The position numbers were made by a program, and so were the translations under genes. From an uncultured Nitrospiraceae bacterium (GTDB taxonomy: Bacteria > Nitrospirota > Thermodesulfovibrionia > Thermodesulfovibrionales > Dissulfurispiraceae), in the NCBI GenBank assembly GCA_963727805.1, contig CAVSHF010000003.1:1600001-1664000 (forward strand): a DNA stretch of 64,000 bases. The letters are read 5' to 3'. A model generated the notes under the pieces. It was not told the DNA's origin. It did not search any database and worked only from the letters and a program-made list of their open reading frames with translations. Below, one piece after another: positions 12,001 through 20,481 of this stretch (positions within the stretch are counted from its first letter, which is position 1; each line of letters starts with the position of its first letter).

Positions 12001-14229
12001 ATTATTCGTACTCGCAGTCCAGTCTGTCCAGTTATTCTGATGGAAACCGCGAGTTGTTCCACCGATAAGCTGGCCTTCCAGCACAACATTCTTTGCATTA
12101 AATTCAACACTGCCAGCATCCCCACCCTGCGTATATGAAGGCACATACGTTCCTAGCGCTGATGAGCCCCCGTAATATATTCCCGTCCAGGATTCAGCGA
12201 CATCAAATGATACTCCTTTGTGCGTTACGTTGTACGGTCCAAGCACAGCGGTATATTCGAGATTTGCAGGGGCTGATGCAATATCGTATAGCTTCCCGCC
12301 CGATAACAACATCGTTTTATTAACATACCCCCCCTGATAATTAATAGCTCCAGCGGCAAAATTGAGTTTTGCTCCGGGATAGACAATAATTGAACCATCG
12401 GCCACTGTTGCGTTTATATCACCTAACTGCTTTTTATAATAATAATGGTATGACAAATCTGTTGGGTCCTGGTACATCTGCTTTGTCCATGCCCCACCTA
12501 TGCTCCGCTGCAGGGCTGTCCTGTCGAGGGTCAAAATCACCTGTTCGAGATTGCCGATGGATGAACCGTTCACCAGAGTTGTAGTAATCGGCTGCCCAAG
12601 CAAGATACCACTCTTTTGCGTGTATGCATCCGCAAGTTCGACCGAGGTGAGCTTGTAACTCTCGATAGCCGCAACAGGGAGGCTCGCAACAACACCGCTC
12701 ACATCGATAACGCTGCCTGATTCCATTATGATTTGTTGCTTTGCATTAAGAGTCACCTGACCAGCCGGCGCCGTAATAGTTCCAGAAAGATCGATTTCCA
12801 AGGGGGTAGGTTCGACATCCGCAGAGGACTTCCTCGCCCCAATGTACACCGTTGGTTGAATATCAGAAGAATCGGTTACAGTGCCCCCTGATGCGTCGAC
12901 AGAAAGATCGATTGTGCTGTCACTTCCGGTAAGCACTTTCCCGGTCCCCTGGAGCTCGACTTGGCCTTTATGATTCTGGTATGCGGTTATCGCCCGGATG
13001 ACGCCCCACTGCTCAATGTTATTGCCGTACATGCCGACAAAGCCGCCAGGGGCGTATAAGCCGCTCATGCTACCGTCCGCCAGTTGCGTGCTGGACCAAT
13101 TCACCGCCTTTCCAAACAACGGATCATTATTGGGAGGTGGGGATGTGAAATTATCGTTGACTGAAACGTTAAAGATATTACTCGATGCAGAAGTGTGTTG
13201 CAACGAGTAAACATAATTATCGTTGAAAGCCAAAGTTACACTACTGCCTGCCGCCAAACCGATCTGGCCGAGGGGTGCATTTATGACACCTCCATTCTCG
13301 ACGTATGGGGCGATCAGGAACACATACCCACCGGATGCCTGTATATTCCCGTAATTCGATACCGCGGCATTATAGTAAGCACCGGGGGTAAGACTGCCAG
13401 TTATGCTGTCGGTGCCCTGAGGCTTAAGAACAGAGTAAGTGATACCCTGGTAAGAGTAAGGATTTTGCATGGCAATATCGGACCAATCTGATCCAGCTGC
13501 TCCGGTCCCGTCTTCAACATAGAATGGAAATGAAGTGCCTGATGCAAGTTTATTAAGTCCGTTCATATTGGAAAGAAAATCTATATTCCTGATATTCAGG
13601 GCCGAGGCCACAAGGCTGTAAACGTTTACCTGCGAGCCGGGTCCAAAGAGGATTCCGTTTTGGTTGATGAGGTATATCTGCCCGTCAGCGTTGAGCTTGC
13701 CCCAAATTTGACTGGGATTATTATCCCAAATTCGGTTTAAACAGGCCCAATTCGAATGCGGAGCACCCGAAATATTACCTGGTGCAGCGTTATCCCGCTG
13801 GTAAAAATTAACAGACGAGTTGCTGCCTATATTGAAAGACTGCCAATCAATGATGGCTGTAGGCTGATACTGATAAATGTTGAATTGGCTGCTTCCATTC
13901 GGATCCGGACTCTGATTAAAGGAAGGTGTCGCGCCTATTATAACTCCATCTGCTGTGCTCCCATTAAGTTTCGACTTCAATAATGGAATCTGATTCGGTG
14001 AGACAGCATTAAGATTTCTGGCACTCGCATTGTAAGAGGCATTGGACCCGTAAACACCGGGGATAGTCACCCTGCTAGAAGCAGGTCCGGCCTGGCACAA
14101 AAAAGGGAACAAAAGCACGCCTAAAAAAACCGAAGCCCCGACCACAGAGATACTAAGGCACAGAGAAAGAAAAATAAACTTAACAAATTTATTCATTAAA
14201 AGGACCTTCCTTCTATAATCTTTCATCAT
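3031..14229 (-). CDS. Giant two-partner-secretion exoprotein (filamentous haemagglutinin N-terminal domain, beta-helix repeats, C-terminal DUF3739-like), ~3730 aa
   Basis: IIDWQSFNIG...NRI...SQIWGKLNADGQIYLINQNGILFG TPS motif; Gly/Ser/Thr-rich repeats; C-terminal GGDITVWSDTGSINAGRGSKT...IIDAGEAGI. Start likely 14229 or 14196, not 14337. Confidence 0.9.
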   Translation of the reverse strand: MMKDYRRKVLLMNKFVKFIFLSLCLSISVVGASVFLGVLLFPFLCQAGPASSRVTIPGVYGSNASYNASARNLNAVSPNQIPLLKSKLNGSTADGVIIGATPSFNQSPDPNGSSQFNIYQYQPTAIIDWQSFNIGSNSSVNFYQRDNAAPGNISGAPHSNWACLNRIWDNNPSQIWGKLNADGQIYLINQNGILFGPGSQVNVYSLVASALNIRNIDFLSNMNGLNKLASGTSFPFYVEDGTGAAGSDWSDIAMQNPYSYQGITYSVLKPQGTDSITGSLTPGAYYNAAVSNYGNIQASGGYVFLIAPYVENGGVINAPLGQIGLAAGSSVTLAFNDNYVYSLQHTSASSNIFNVSVNDNFTSPPPNNDPLFGKAVNWSSTQLADGSMSGLYAPGGFVGMYGNNIEQWGVIRAITAYQNHKGQVELQGTGKVLTGSDSTIDLSVDASGGTVTDSSDIQPTVYIGARKSSADVEPTPLEIDLSGTITAPAGQVTLNAKQQIIMESGSVIDVSGVVASLPVAAIESYKLTSVELADAYTQKSGILLGQPITTTLVNGSSIGNLEQVILTLDRTALQRSIGGAWTKQMYQDPTDLSYHYYYKKQLGDINATVADGSIIVYPGAKLNFAAGAINYQGGYVNKTMLLSGGKLYDIASAPANLEYTAVLGPYNVTHKGVSFDVAESWTGIYYGGSSALGTYVPSYTQGGDAGSVEFNAKNVVLEGQLIGGTTRGFHQNNWTDWTASTNNPSTSPISDNDDLMCSWIRGLEVPHSGTLTIGSQSLTSVYAPTSISIVPDASETSIAAQLSSGTTIISAGTLNEAKLGTINLLALSTIMTAPNVSINLQPGGSFSAEARRIEHQGDITVPSGSISLIIGENGASNPPDQRIILGGRSVLDVSGQKIDNSPAGNGNKAIVSSGQISGGNIAIKDETDAGAGVFIESGAVVDVSGGYIISPKYKVTGGNAGNLAIQGYTLMLDGDLRGYALADTTGKYLGGSITLQSHNIEVTTTTPAERSDFGAYLPLPQDMQDPNAVTFFLAGNRFDDAGFTRITLNAGGFVIIDPNTTIAPSMVRLNNPLSTGQSGSAFGTGQSVGSAGRPDLIRLNGLDDSTAYMAGQSSFSATASKDPDGSYFDPATGSQYQNHLRAYGKLGNPAAKLTVSSGVVIRTTPTPASSSIPSTITLASPDNLDIDGTLESLSGNITMTVNGSLRIGSSASILAGGYNQPDRSSPLKGFPVNYIPVNGGTVSITTGTLTMSDGSFIDISGSSPVQNVIAQSSQNANASYYYKYTNAGQPGSIYLTYDSSGAANLTATINAHPKMAGLQGGKLSITNLTDMDVSGIDMQRYTTSGFDDISLVSRGTLTLNAMSATVGRKLTLDAHVIEGAGSVALQAPWIVLANTDLPTTLNMTTASPTADISLTSTGWIDVIGSVQFSGFRNVMLDAARDIRLNSVNYVGLPSGVSTIGQLFTGGSLTLSADRIYPGDVYERTAAGTITWCPGVYSIFTIEAANDIKIMPSKTPVGGPIYSAAGALTVTSDKGGIDIEGGTLAAPMGTITLNAGTDQMIYLGAGSLLTTSGIIPIQYGVVDSNGQWAWVDPYKPASDISREATQYQMDPTLINAILCSDGGNCSGNATPYQQISKGVTFNAGKTIIMSDAKVDVQGGGSLYAAQFQAGLNGTNDPLLKTNRYVVFKDNGFQQPGTEVYFPSGVGGLAAGYYSMIPLGSAQNARYAFLPGAYILEVQSGSTLPVNGAVSTNGYPLIVGQTSIADTSIVSTKPVVFSVRSAADVLAQEGNYLVPPSATSTNSLTSGANPLVSGDGGSITFGTNAKTVIINGALSAAPLAGFSGGKITLSSSNGSVYVEPSANFSSSLPADFHFNDSRIPDDPSVPGSKQYMIVSDKSLSENGFQEIDLGYIDASDPTNNNGKNTKYVTILAGSLLQAGVIKLAAQQQIEVQGGAQLIAKTNGTGEIDLITSSRGITQIDAGAKLQADQTFGINTGNLIINGQLSTISGAITIASSAIYVGGNNPALGGLYLDGNLWNTLMQLGFTDITLQSNSLNAVAGTAVPTGIYFQDNWGPQGTSLSATNGTTLRSITLDATVIDDFDWAAGPSGSASAANVTLSAAAVNIRNSGTASAKMLNTSNSGTFTADAVDTISIGGVAYNPVTTGVISSDLLFAHFKSIALNSNGDLVLTGKGSLTTGNADLNIAAARVVTASAQSYTQGSVQTWTGTEKISTNLIVPTNFVVYTGDNYFCDSGGHCGQNTASSVLNPVGNIAINASPSGAAAGTGPTSGGELKFYGMSLNIGTVIQSNGGTVDFNAMGNIHLGGKAAILAGGTSGHTSDTVGTDNAPGGQVTMQTDSGSIALDSGSVIDVAAGAQGDSGSIIVSAPIGGVTLAGSLNGAPNGGKGGSFTIDTSVIGDPEMANLITMLSVGKFTESVGIRTRTGNIDVANQTLTANNVKLTADGAAKDANGNLTGYINVSGTIDASSASGGNVELYAMNDLNIQSGGLVNASSTAEGSLGGTVTLSSSQGFVNINGGTINVGGGPTGVSVGTVNIRAQRTDTGNVNIKLNGGNIKGAKAVNIEAVESYNVANLNLVDSSGNFSISSNWTVFSTWLSNASTFYTNYTSAVPTTNPFYILPEIEVINTQGDIAVDRIIDLSNIKYGSATAPAPGVLTLRAAGNLNIQQNLIDAYTYTNINNDAPIVSNPLVRTWGFNLVAGADIKSANYMAVTTRAAGNLLNGDLTIANNTVVYTENAPIRFSSARDTVIDPINPGSGQTVGNTPGYMIDPNSIITNGQTTAFNMVYNLASFSGAIQGDVGRDLVVTGAIQTATGAININVGRDLQLQTGIAAIGSAPTLGAIRTTGELLDTSVLIGVDASDPKMDNLQNGILRNLPVIQETNSDVPRPIAAINCGNPNGCTLLASATSRGTNLSVSYLSSAAQYYWRYQSGGDINISVGGNAGTYDQVHSQWATAIGSSSNYQWDDFTIFTVPVKQQSLARGGTNIQNSILLAGYDTKFTADYVNGTAGIVTMAGGNVRIFTGGDFLAQTGTFGVGNLVVYSGGDITGRFVNANGQGQLSAKGNFGRLNQFLPAETPQIELLGSKFSVTAAGDALVGAVVNPTLASNKLDVPKVLGTTISRSAVIGCTYSEDSSISLMAGNDVTYTAHSPIYDVAYRGQTLGGSNYLATQVESVLPASVKIDAMGGNIYLLTDSLLLASSPLGNLNLSAGGTITGSTLYQTKIVMSDLPPSYWYGTFITASYQVETHINPTYASVLFNAEGNDTYIGQFTGDETAHGYYKARDQIANIGYILHQNDDQPILISAGGNIQYLDLYLPKQAEITAGGDINNFVYTGQNISNQDVSWIRANGNIAIPHALANQNSANSLAASGILQSGPGGFMVEAGGSIDLGSLQNGIQMNGNGTNNALPADNGYLILAAGYSLNKNITDVSSFFSTLRSAIDNYSQTKDVSYIDTARAAIIGPFFQGALSGSGNIDMTSSQIMTSITASDIYILAAGTLNLGKTAIPSATATISPTNGIATGSGGAINIFAVKDVNVQESRLMTFDGGDITVWSDTGSINAGRGSKTTVSASPPSNGKFSAPSIGSGIRAVTYGYALPGDIHLYAKGIIDAGEAGIAGGNIFIGAEVGVVNASNIVASGIVAGVPQTASASTSIGALSGTNSATQSSQAMSDASGAIGGRKAQTDQMIDDTLMKWLDVKVIDFILDSQDSGSQSQF

Positions 14230-14269
14230 TTTTTCCCGGTATATCTGCGATGAGTACCGATACCCGCAC

Positions 14270-14360
14270 AAAAAAGCCCGAATCAGGACAACAAACTGGC
14301 CTTGTCGATCCGGGCTTTCTGGTCCCATAACACACATATATGTTGGTCAGCAAAGTTCCC
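14270..14360 (-). ncRNA. Conserved cis-regulatory RNA element, copy 1 (antiterminator/terminator-like)
   Basis: GGGAACTTTGCTGACC-hairpin-ACCAGAAAGCCCGGATC...GATTCGGGCTTTTTT at the 5' end of the TPS gene leader; same conserved segments at 21489-21581 and 21432-21485. Confidence 0.7.
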
Positions 14361-14376
14361 TCTGATAACTTATTTA

Positions 14377-14421
14377 ATTATACCATTTACTCTGTTAAAT
14401 TATTGTTATAAAAATGTTACA
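14377..14421 (-). promoter_or_regulatory. Pho-box-like array and -10 for the TPS gene
   Basis: Plus-strand GTTAAA 14394, GTTATA 14405, GTTACA 14416; TATAAT (rc of 14377-14382). Confidence 0.65.
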
Positions 14422-14695
14422 ATTTTTAGCCCAACAAGTCATCATTCATGTTGTAAACGTTTTAGGTTAATCTATCTCACAAAGACTAGCATGATGCGAT
14501 AAATATTTTTTTGTTCAGTGATGCACATTCAGATCATTATTAACAGGGAGTTGATTCGCTGAAGTTCGCAAATATTTATGTCAACCCCAATAAAAATGGG
14601 AAGAAAAGTGTATCCGACGGAAACTTTCGTAAAGGCTTTTGTAACGATATACCACAAGATCTTATTGCGATGCTAGATCTGAGATTATATATCGG

Positions 14696-16360
14696 TTAAA
14701 GAAGACCCTTCACTTTAAAATATACCCTCTCGTCACCACTCCTTATCCTTCCTGAGGACTTCAGTGCCACAGCCCAGTCCAATTCATATTCCACGTGCTT
14801 CGTCACTGAGCCCCGCATTCCCGCACCAGTGCCCTGGAGTTCGACAGTCCTCGTCTGACTGGGAAGAGGTTGTAGTGTTGTTAGTCTAATGATGTCATAG
14901 AAGATATACGGGGTCATTTGAACTGTTTTTGCGATTTTTGAACCCTCAAACGGGGCCGGAAAGGATACTTCGACCGTACCATGTAGAGCATTATCCCCCA
15001 TAGCCTCGTTTTCCATGTATCCTCGGACACTTTCCATACCCCCTGAGCTATATTGTTCATTGTCGATAAGCGGTCCATCGGCAATCTGTCCGTCCAGTTT
15101 CATGAATAGACCCATGCCCAAGGGCAATTTCTGCATTCGCTGGATACCAGCAGTGACATAAAGGTAATTTGCCCTCGCTAGGTAGCGCTTGGTTTCGAAC
15201 TCCGACTCGCGTGAATTCACCTGCCTGAGGTTCAGGTTCAGCCCAGCGCTAAATTGCGACACGCCGCCCAATTCGTCAGGTAATGAGCTATTGTACGAAG
15301 CAGAAAGGGGTGAATACGTCACCGGCGTCTCAGTTATCTGGCCGGTTACCGGATTTGCAAATCCAAAGGACTGCTTGAAATGCTTGTAATCGAGACCCAA
15401 TGATATATTGTGTGTATATAGCTTGTACTGGGGAAGCGGGACCACATAACGAACCCCGAAAATCTGTCCTTTTCCGACTACCGCAAACCCTTCCCCGAAT
15501 GCAGTGTTGCTATCGGACCAGATGCCGTAAAAAACCAACTGATTGTCAACATTCCACGGTGCCGGAAGAACGTAAGAAAAACTCCATGCCTTCGTTTGAT
15601 TCAGATTCAGTGGCGCGGTCTGGTACTGAATCGAAATTGAATGCTCCTTCTGCCATAAATTATCGTAGCGGATCATAGCGTTCAACCGCAATTCAGTCGT
15701 ATCATGACTGGCTCGGTTATTGATTTCAAGATAACCGTGCAGTGGCAGGTGATCCTCAACCTTCAACTCCGCATCAATGGTCCCGAATTCCTGTCCGGGA
15801 GATATGGCGGGGTCAACCTTGAAATCCTGGTTCCTGTTAAGCCTACCTACCTCTTCATTGACCCTCGGCAGATAGAGTATCTCTCCAGGAGTGAAAGCCG
15901 GCAGGTCATGCATGATCTTTTCCTTTGTGAAATAGCGGTTGCCCGTGACTTTTACATTGCCTATCCGCGTCTCGATTACTTCTAGTTTAACAATGCCCTC
16001 CTTGAGAGTCTGAGCCGGTATATTCACCATAACAGCAGGATACCCTGCCTCGTGATAAAGTTTCTCGATGGCATCACGCGCTTTCTCCACGTCAGATGCC
16101 GTCTTTCCCATACCGATGAAAGGAGCTGCAGCACCCAACACCTTGCCCTTAGGTAAAATAGTGTTTCCGGTGATATCAAAGTCCTTGATCTCGAAATCCG
16201 TTTCCAAGTTAGCCGCCGCGCATACGCTCGCCATGGTGGCAAGAAGTGTCACGATGTAAATCCAACCACACAGGCAAGTAGACACTGAGACACTGAGAAA
16301 GAAGAAAAACTTAGTAGGCTTATTCATTGGAGAAGCCTTATCTTTAATCTTAAATCTCAT
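14696..16360 (-). CDS. ShlB/FhaC/HecB family TPS outer-membrane transporter (TpsB)
   Basis: POTRA-like FDITGNT...LYHEAGYPAVMVNIPAQ...GIVKLEV; GGMESVRGY (VRGY motif); beta-barrel C-terminus. Confidence 0.9.
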   Translation of the reverse strand: MRFKIKDKASPMNKPTKFFFFLSVSVSTCLCGWIYIVTLLATMASVCAAANLETDFEIKDFDITGNTILPKGKVLGAAAPFIGMGKTASDVEKARDAIEKLYHEAGYPAVMVNIPAQTLKEGIVKLEVIETRIGNVKVTGNRYFTKEKIMHDLPAFTPGEILYLPRVNEEVGRLNRNQDFKVDPAISPGQEFGTIDAELKVEDHLPLHGYLEINNRASHDTTELRLNAMIRYDNLWQKEHSISIQYQTAPLNLNQTKAWSFSYVLPAPWNVDNQLVFYGIWSDSNTAFGEGFAVVGKGQIFGVRYVVPLPQYKLYTHNISLGLDYKHFKQSFGFANPVTGQITETPVTYSPLSASYNSSLPDELGGVSQFSAGLNLNLRQVNSRESEFETKRYLARANYLYVTAGIQRMQKLPLGMGLFMKLDGQIADGPLIDNEQYSSGGMESVRGYMENEAMGDNALHGTVEVSFPAPFEGSKIAKTVQMTPYIFYDIIRLTTLQPLPSQTRTVELQGTGAGMRGSVTKHVEYELDWAVALKSSGRIRSGDERVYFKVKGLL

Positions 16361-16495
16361 TATATTTTCTATCTTTCCTCCGCATTGTTATTGCCGTCAT
16401 TCCCGAAGATGGTGACAGGAAATCCATTCTTATCAAGGTTAGGTGGCTACATACCTTCGCGGGTATGATGACATGTTCTAACTAGTGTCTGTAGC

Positions 16496-17485
16496 CTACT
16501 TTGCTTTGTCTTTCTCTGTGTCTGCGTTTATTTGTGATGAGTCGCCCTTTTGGTCCTCGGCCTGCTTCGCCTCTGTCTCCCGCTTACTGTCTTCAATCTT
16601 ATCGACCGTAACATCGCATGTCAGGGGTTCACGGCCGAAGGGGTTACGGTAATCCACAGTGATCAATGCATCATTCACAGACGTAATGCGGCCCACTAGT
16701 TGGCCCGTGCGTATAAGTGTACCCACTTTAGCATCAATTTTGATTTGAATTTCGTTTTCTGTCTCCAGGACTGAACCGGGGCCAAACGGTGTCTGCTCGA
16801 TAGTGCCTGGTACTGCTGAAAACCGCACAACCACTTCCTTATCAGTAACCGCCTCCACCCTTCCCGGGAATTTAGGGTCGATTATCACAGGTTGTCCAAC
16901 TTCAGCGGATTTACCTATCCGTTTCTCGTATTCTTCCAGAGGTATTTTCAATTCCCTTGGCCTCTTACGAACCCTGCTCAACTGGGCGACATAATTCTCT
17001 TCCGCCCTCCACGCTAAATCATCTGCTGTCAATTCCACGTGGCGGGTCTCGCCCACGTTCATGCCGACCACAACTGCCGCCAGGCGGCTGATTATCTCGT
17101 CCTCAAGAAGCAAGTCCTGTCCCCTTTGCTCTGGCGTGTGGAGATTGCTTGCCATGACCGATACAGGACCGCTTTCCCTCGTCGGCACAAACAGAGCTGA
17201 CTTGGGTTGATTCTCCGCGAGAGTGTCAGTGGAAGCTACAGCTTCCCCGTTCTTCAGCTTGCAAAGGTAACGGATGTCCGCAACGTCACCGGCCTGGATG
17301 ATCTTCACAGTGTCGGACTTTACAGTCTCGGGTTTGAAACTGTCTGTCTTTACGCTTGCCGTGGTGCCACAACCAGCCAGGAAAAGCATCAAACACAGAG
17401 ACATAATTGTGACTAGAGTTGAAAGTCGCGTGTTACGCGTGAAGACAATGCCCCAAAAACAACGTGCATCAAAAAAAGTAATCAT
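16496..17485 (-). CDS. Lipoprotein, FKBP/SlyD-type peptidyl-prolyl isomerase-like
   Basis: Lipobox LAGC; GDVADIRY.CKL.NGE, GMNVGETRHVEL, VDYRNPFGREPLTCDVTV (SlyD-like DxNHPLAG region). Confidence 0.7.
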   Translation of the reverse strand: MITFFDARCFWGIVFTRNTRLSTLVTIMSLCLMLFLAGCGTTASVKTDSFKPETVKSDTVKIIQAGDVADIRYLCKLKNGEAVASTDTLAENQPKSALFVPTRESGPVSVMASNLHTPEQRGQDLLLEDEIISRLAAVVVGMNVGETRHVELTADDLAWRAEENYVAQLSRVRKRPRELKIPLEEYEKRIGKSAEVGQPVIIDPKFPGRVEAVTDKEVVVRFSAVPGTIEQTPFGPGSVLETENEIQIKIDAKVGTLIRTGQLVGRITSVNDALITVDYRNPFGREPLTCDVTVDKIEDSKRETEAKQAEDQKGDSSQINADTEKDKAK

Positions 17486-17589
17486 TAGATCCCTCCTTCA
17501 TTTAAATACCAAAGTCCGTACCAAAAAGGCACAATCTAACCTCAGAGACGCTTAATATGAAGAAAAATGAAAAGACCCAGTTGGCGTAA

Positions 17590-17860
17590 CTTTTGTTTTG
17601 GTGACCTTGTTTTGCTAAGAAGTCCTCGGCAGCTTTCCGGTTTCCTCGCTCGCCACCTGCTGAAACAAAGTATCCATCTGTCAAGAATTCTCCCTACCTC
17701 TGCGCCTTCTTCACTTCTGCTTGCCTCCAAAATATTTCTCTTGACAGGATGCACTTGAAATTTCTCACAACCTGCCGAGGTGCCAATTTCGACCGAGTTG
17801 AGCATAAGACGTGCATATTCCTTGTCACACTTAAAATCTTCTATCTCAATCTCGTATCTC
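17590..17860 (-). pseudogene. IS200/IS605 TnpA (Y1 transposase) remnant
   Basis: Broken frames read RYEIEIEDFKCDKEYARL and VVRNFKCILSREIFWRQAEVKKAQR*GEFLTDGYFVSAGGERGN, resembling the TnpA FWxxGYxVxTxG region. Confidence 0.55.
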
Positions 17861-17927
17861 TTTCCCCTTCACGGCCACATAGGTCCACACCCAAATAGCT
17901 CACTTTACAGTCGTAGCAGTTATTACC

Positions 17928-18185
17928 CTAATGGGAACCAGGATCAAAATGGCCTTTCACACCTGTGCGATTGTCGATATCGATCGCCTTGTTATCGCGT
18001 AAGTTTCTGTCCCCTTTCTTATTTCTGACGTTTTTTTCTCCTGAACAACTTATTATTGCATTCAATTCCTCTGACTGTTCGACCCTTCCAAGGCTTCCCT
18101 GGCTGAAATTGATCTTGATGTAGCCGCTGAATTCTCCCTGCATAAGCTTTCGTATCGTCTCGATAAGCTCCTTCATCCTACTCAT
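17928..18185 (-). CDS. DUF2292/YezD-like small protein with basic C-terminal extension (paralogue of 21598-21732)
   Basis: GGGGAGG RBS then MSRMKELIETIRKLMQGEFSGYIKINFSQGSLGRVEQSEEL; shares F.GYIKINF..G...RVE..EE with the 44-aa ORF. Confidence 0.7.
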   Translation of the reverse strand: MSRMKELIETIRKLMQGEFSGYIKINFSQGSLGRVEQSEELNAIISCSGEKNVRNKKGDRNLRDNKAIDIDNRTGVKGHFDPGSH

Positions 18186-18406
18186 ATACTTCCTCCCCAA
18201 TGTAGCATAGCGCAAGAAACATGACGCCACGCCAGTAGCTAAGTTCGAGAGCCTAAAAGCCATCTGAAATCACAAAGGGCAATGTGCAAATCTCTGAGGA
18301 AGCAAAGAGTTCTTCCATATCCCTATACCCTGTTATTACCCTATGATCCTGGCCCTGCCACAATGAAGTAGATCAAAGGAATGCAGTCCAAACAATCAAG
18401 TTTTCT

Positions 18407-18451
18407 ATCTTAACAATTTGTTTGTTACATCAATATTACGACAACATCAAG
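18407..18451 (-). promoter_or_regulatory. Pho-box-like array and -10
   Basis: Plus-strand GTTACA 18424, ATTACG 18435, ATCAAG 18446; -10 TAAGAT (rc of 18407-18412). Confidence 0.55.
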
Positions 18452-18854
18452 TATTCAACATCTTTCATTCAATACCTAGCAAAACACAAGAAAACATTTA
18501 GAAACACAGATAAAGGAACCCACTCACCCGGATTAAAGAAGCTGTCCGATAATTGAAGGACCGGCGTTTAGCTGCTCATGGTGGCTTAATTACCCAATGC
18601 ACCAAATACTGCTTCGCGGGGTAATTAATGCCGGTTTTGTATCCGCTGCGATACAAGCAATTACCCGCATTCATGTAGTCCATATTGTTCCGATTGAAGC
18701 CGCCATATCGGGTTGGAACCACTGTGAGGCTTACGGTCAGATCATCAAAAATTCATCAGTGCCGCCAGAGCAGATCTTTCCGAGAAGGGAATACAGACCG
18801 CTGACATAAGGCAAATGATAATTATGAAATGTTGCTTCAGTGTTACTACTGTAG

Positions 18855-18884
18855 AAAAAGGCAGGGCCTCATCAGAGGCCCTGC
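18855..18884 (-). terminator. Intrinsic terminator after PstS-fold gene
   Basis: GCAGGGCCTC-4 nt-GAGGCCCTGC hairpin followed by CTTTTT on the minus strand. Confidence 0.8.
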
Positions 18885-18939
18885 ATGGAATCAACTCATG
18901 TGACAGACTACAAAATCAAAATCAGTGTTTCTTCCCCTT

Positions 18940-20442
18940 TTAATTATAGGGAAACGGTGCCACTGCGGGACAATTAACAATCGGAAGACGAAAAACAGGC
19001 ATGCCACAGCCAGTCCTCCAATACGTCATCTGGCAATTTGTTGCATATGACGGGTCATTTTGGTTACCTGGATCAGCTGCAAAGGAAAGCATGGCCTGCT
19101 GATAGGCATCCGGAGCAGCAGGTGTATAGAAATTCTCAACTGTCCAGAAGTTGTAGGTGCCATCCAAGACGTGAGTCTTGACATCATTTGTCGTAGTGGG
19201 CACGCAGTATCCATTTGCAGGGGGTGTTCCGGCTCCACAGTCCGAATTCTTAGCACAAGAGCCCCCGTTGAAGGCATGGTTCCCAGCGCACCATCTTGGA
19301 AGGCCATACCCAGCATCAGCCGATACACCGTTTAGTGAAAGCCTGATAATATTTGGATATGTGGAAGCATTACCGTTAAAATCTGTCTCCGCGGCAACCA
19401 GCTGATCGGCATCAGAATAGCCGATAGCTAACGGCTGGTTTGCTACGGTACCCCATGTCCATGTACCGCTAGTTACACCATTTACGCAGTTAAGCAAATC
19501 GGGGCTGCCATCGTTGAACCAATAGGCGTAACCCGCAGTCGGCAGTGCAGGCACCGGGGATAGCTCGGTAGAAGCTGCAATCAGAGGTGCCTTCATCTGT
19601 GTGGCAGCTATAGTGGCATGAGTGCCTGAACCGGCATGGCGCATACATACTTGCATGTTCTGACCGGCAGCGTACTTGTCGGTGACGGCTCCGCTGTTTC
19701 CGCCCATGTCGTCCCATAACTCTATCTGACCAGAGAAGATCAGATTCACTTCTGCAGTCGTGATATTACTGATCGGGTTGCCATTGCGTAACAATACATT
19801 CTTATTTGCAAAGAAGGCAAAAGGAACGACTACCGGGTGGGCATCATTAGCGCCATAGCCATTTACTGAACCGACTCCAGCAAAATTACGAGTAATCGGC
19901 ACCGGCACGCCATGAGACTTGTCGCCTAACGGCCCATACTGTGAGCCAGAAGATGTCTGGGTAAAGCAACCTTGCTCCACGTCAGACGCACCTATGGTTA
20001 CCTTCTCGCAACGCAGGGAGGTACCTGCTGTAGTCGGATCTGCCATTGCGCGAAAGCCAGGCAAGCATGCTGCACCTACCGTACCATTCGCTGCTATAGC
20101 ATGATCAATTTGGGAATTATTAGCAGAACAGTTAAGATTGCCGGCGGGATCACTAGCTATAGCGCAAAGGCCGTCATAAGAAGCCTTCGAAGCTATACCG
20201 ATATAGTCACCCGCAGCATTGTAGGCAACACAATGTTTAGAGTCATAACACTTCGTGGTGACGCCAGCAGGGCCGCATGTTGTTGCTAGAAAAGGCCCGG
20301 CTTGATCCTTCCAGAAATTAAACTGGGCGGAAGCGCCGTAAATAAACTGGGCAGGGTCACATACCGCCGCCATGGCTGAGCCGGCAAGGCCAAACAGCAT
20401 GGCTCCTGCAGCAATCGATGCAATTATCTTTCTGATTGTCAT
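18940..20442 (-). CDS. Secreted Cys-rich periplasmic-binding-protein type 2 (PstS-like) protein
   Basis: Signal peptide ending AMA; YGASAQ, IGASDV, VVPFAFFAN, NITTAEVNLIFSGQIELWDD, CMRHAGSGTHAT, AIGYSDAD match the PstS/PBP2 pattern. Confidence 0.75.
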   Translation of the reverse strand: MTIRKIIASIAAGAMLFGLAGSAMAAVCDPAQFIYGASAQFNFWKDQAGPFLATTCGPAGVTTKCYDSKHCVAYNAAGDYIGIASKASYDGLCAIASDPAGNLNCSANNSQIDHAIAANGTVGAACLPGFRAMADPTTAGTSLRCEKVTIGASDVEQGCFTQTSSGSQYGPLGDKSHGVPVPITRNFAGVGSVNGYGANDAHPVVVPFAFFANKNVLLRNGNPISNITTAEVNLIFSGQIELWDDMGGNSGAVTDKYAAGQNMQVCMRHAGSGTHATIAATQMKAPLIAASTELSPVPALPTAGYAYWFNDGSPDLLNCVNGVTSGTWTWGTVANQPLAIGYSDADQLVAAETDFNGNASTYPNIIRLSLNGVSADAGYGLPRWCAGNHAFNGGSCAKNSDCGAGTPPANGYCVPTTTNDVKTHVLDGTYNFWTVENFYTPAAPDAYQQAMLSFAADPGNQNDPSYATNCQMTYWRTGCGMPVFRLPIVNCPAVAPFPYN

Positions 20443-20481
20443 GATATTTTCTCCTTTGATTTTTTATTACCGCTTATTGTC

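Noticed and set aside
3376..13983. Numerous short plus-strand ORFs within the TPS gene
   Set aside because: Antisense shadows of a long low-complexity CDS.
14230..14337. ORF-track N-terminal extension of the giant TPS protein
   Set aside because: It runs through the conserved RNA element and terminator; the signal-peptide-like sequence begins at 14229/14196.
16396..16472. REP-like GTCATTCCCG...CGCGGGTATGATGAC palindromic element
   Set aside because: Single degenerate copy in the window; cannot be supported.
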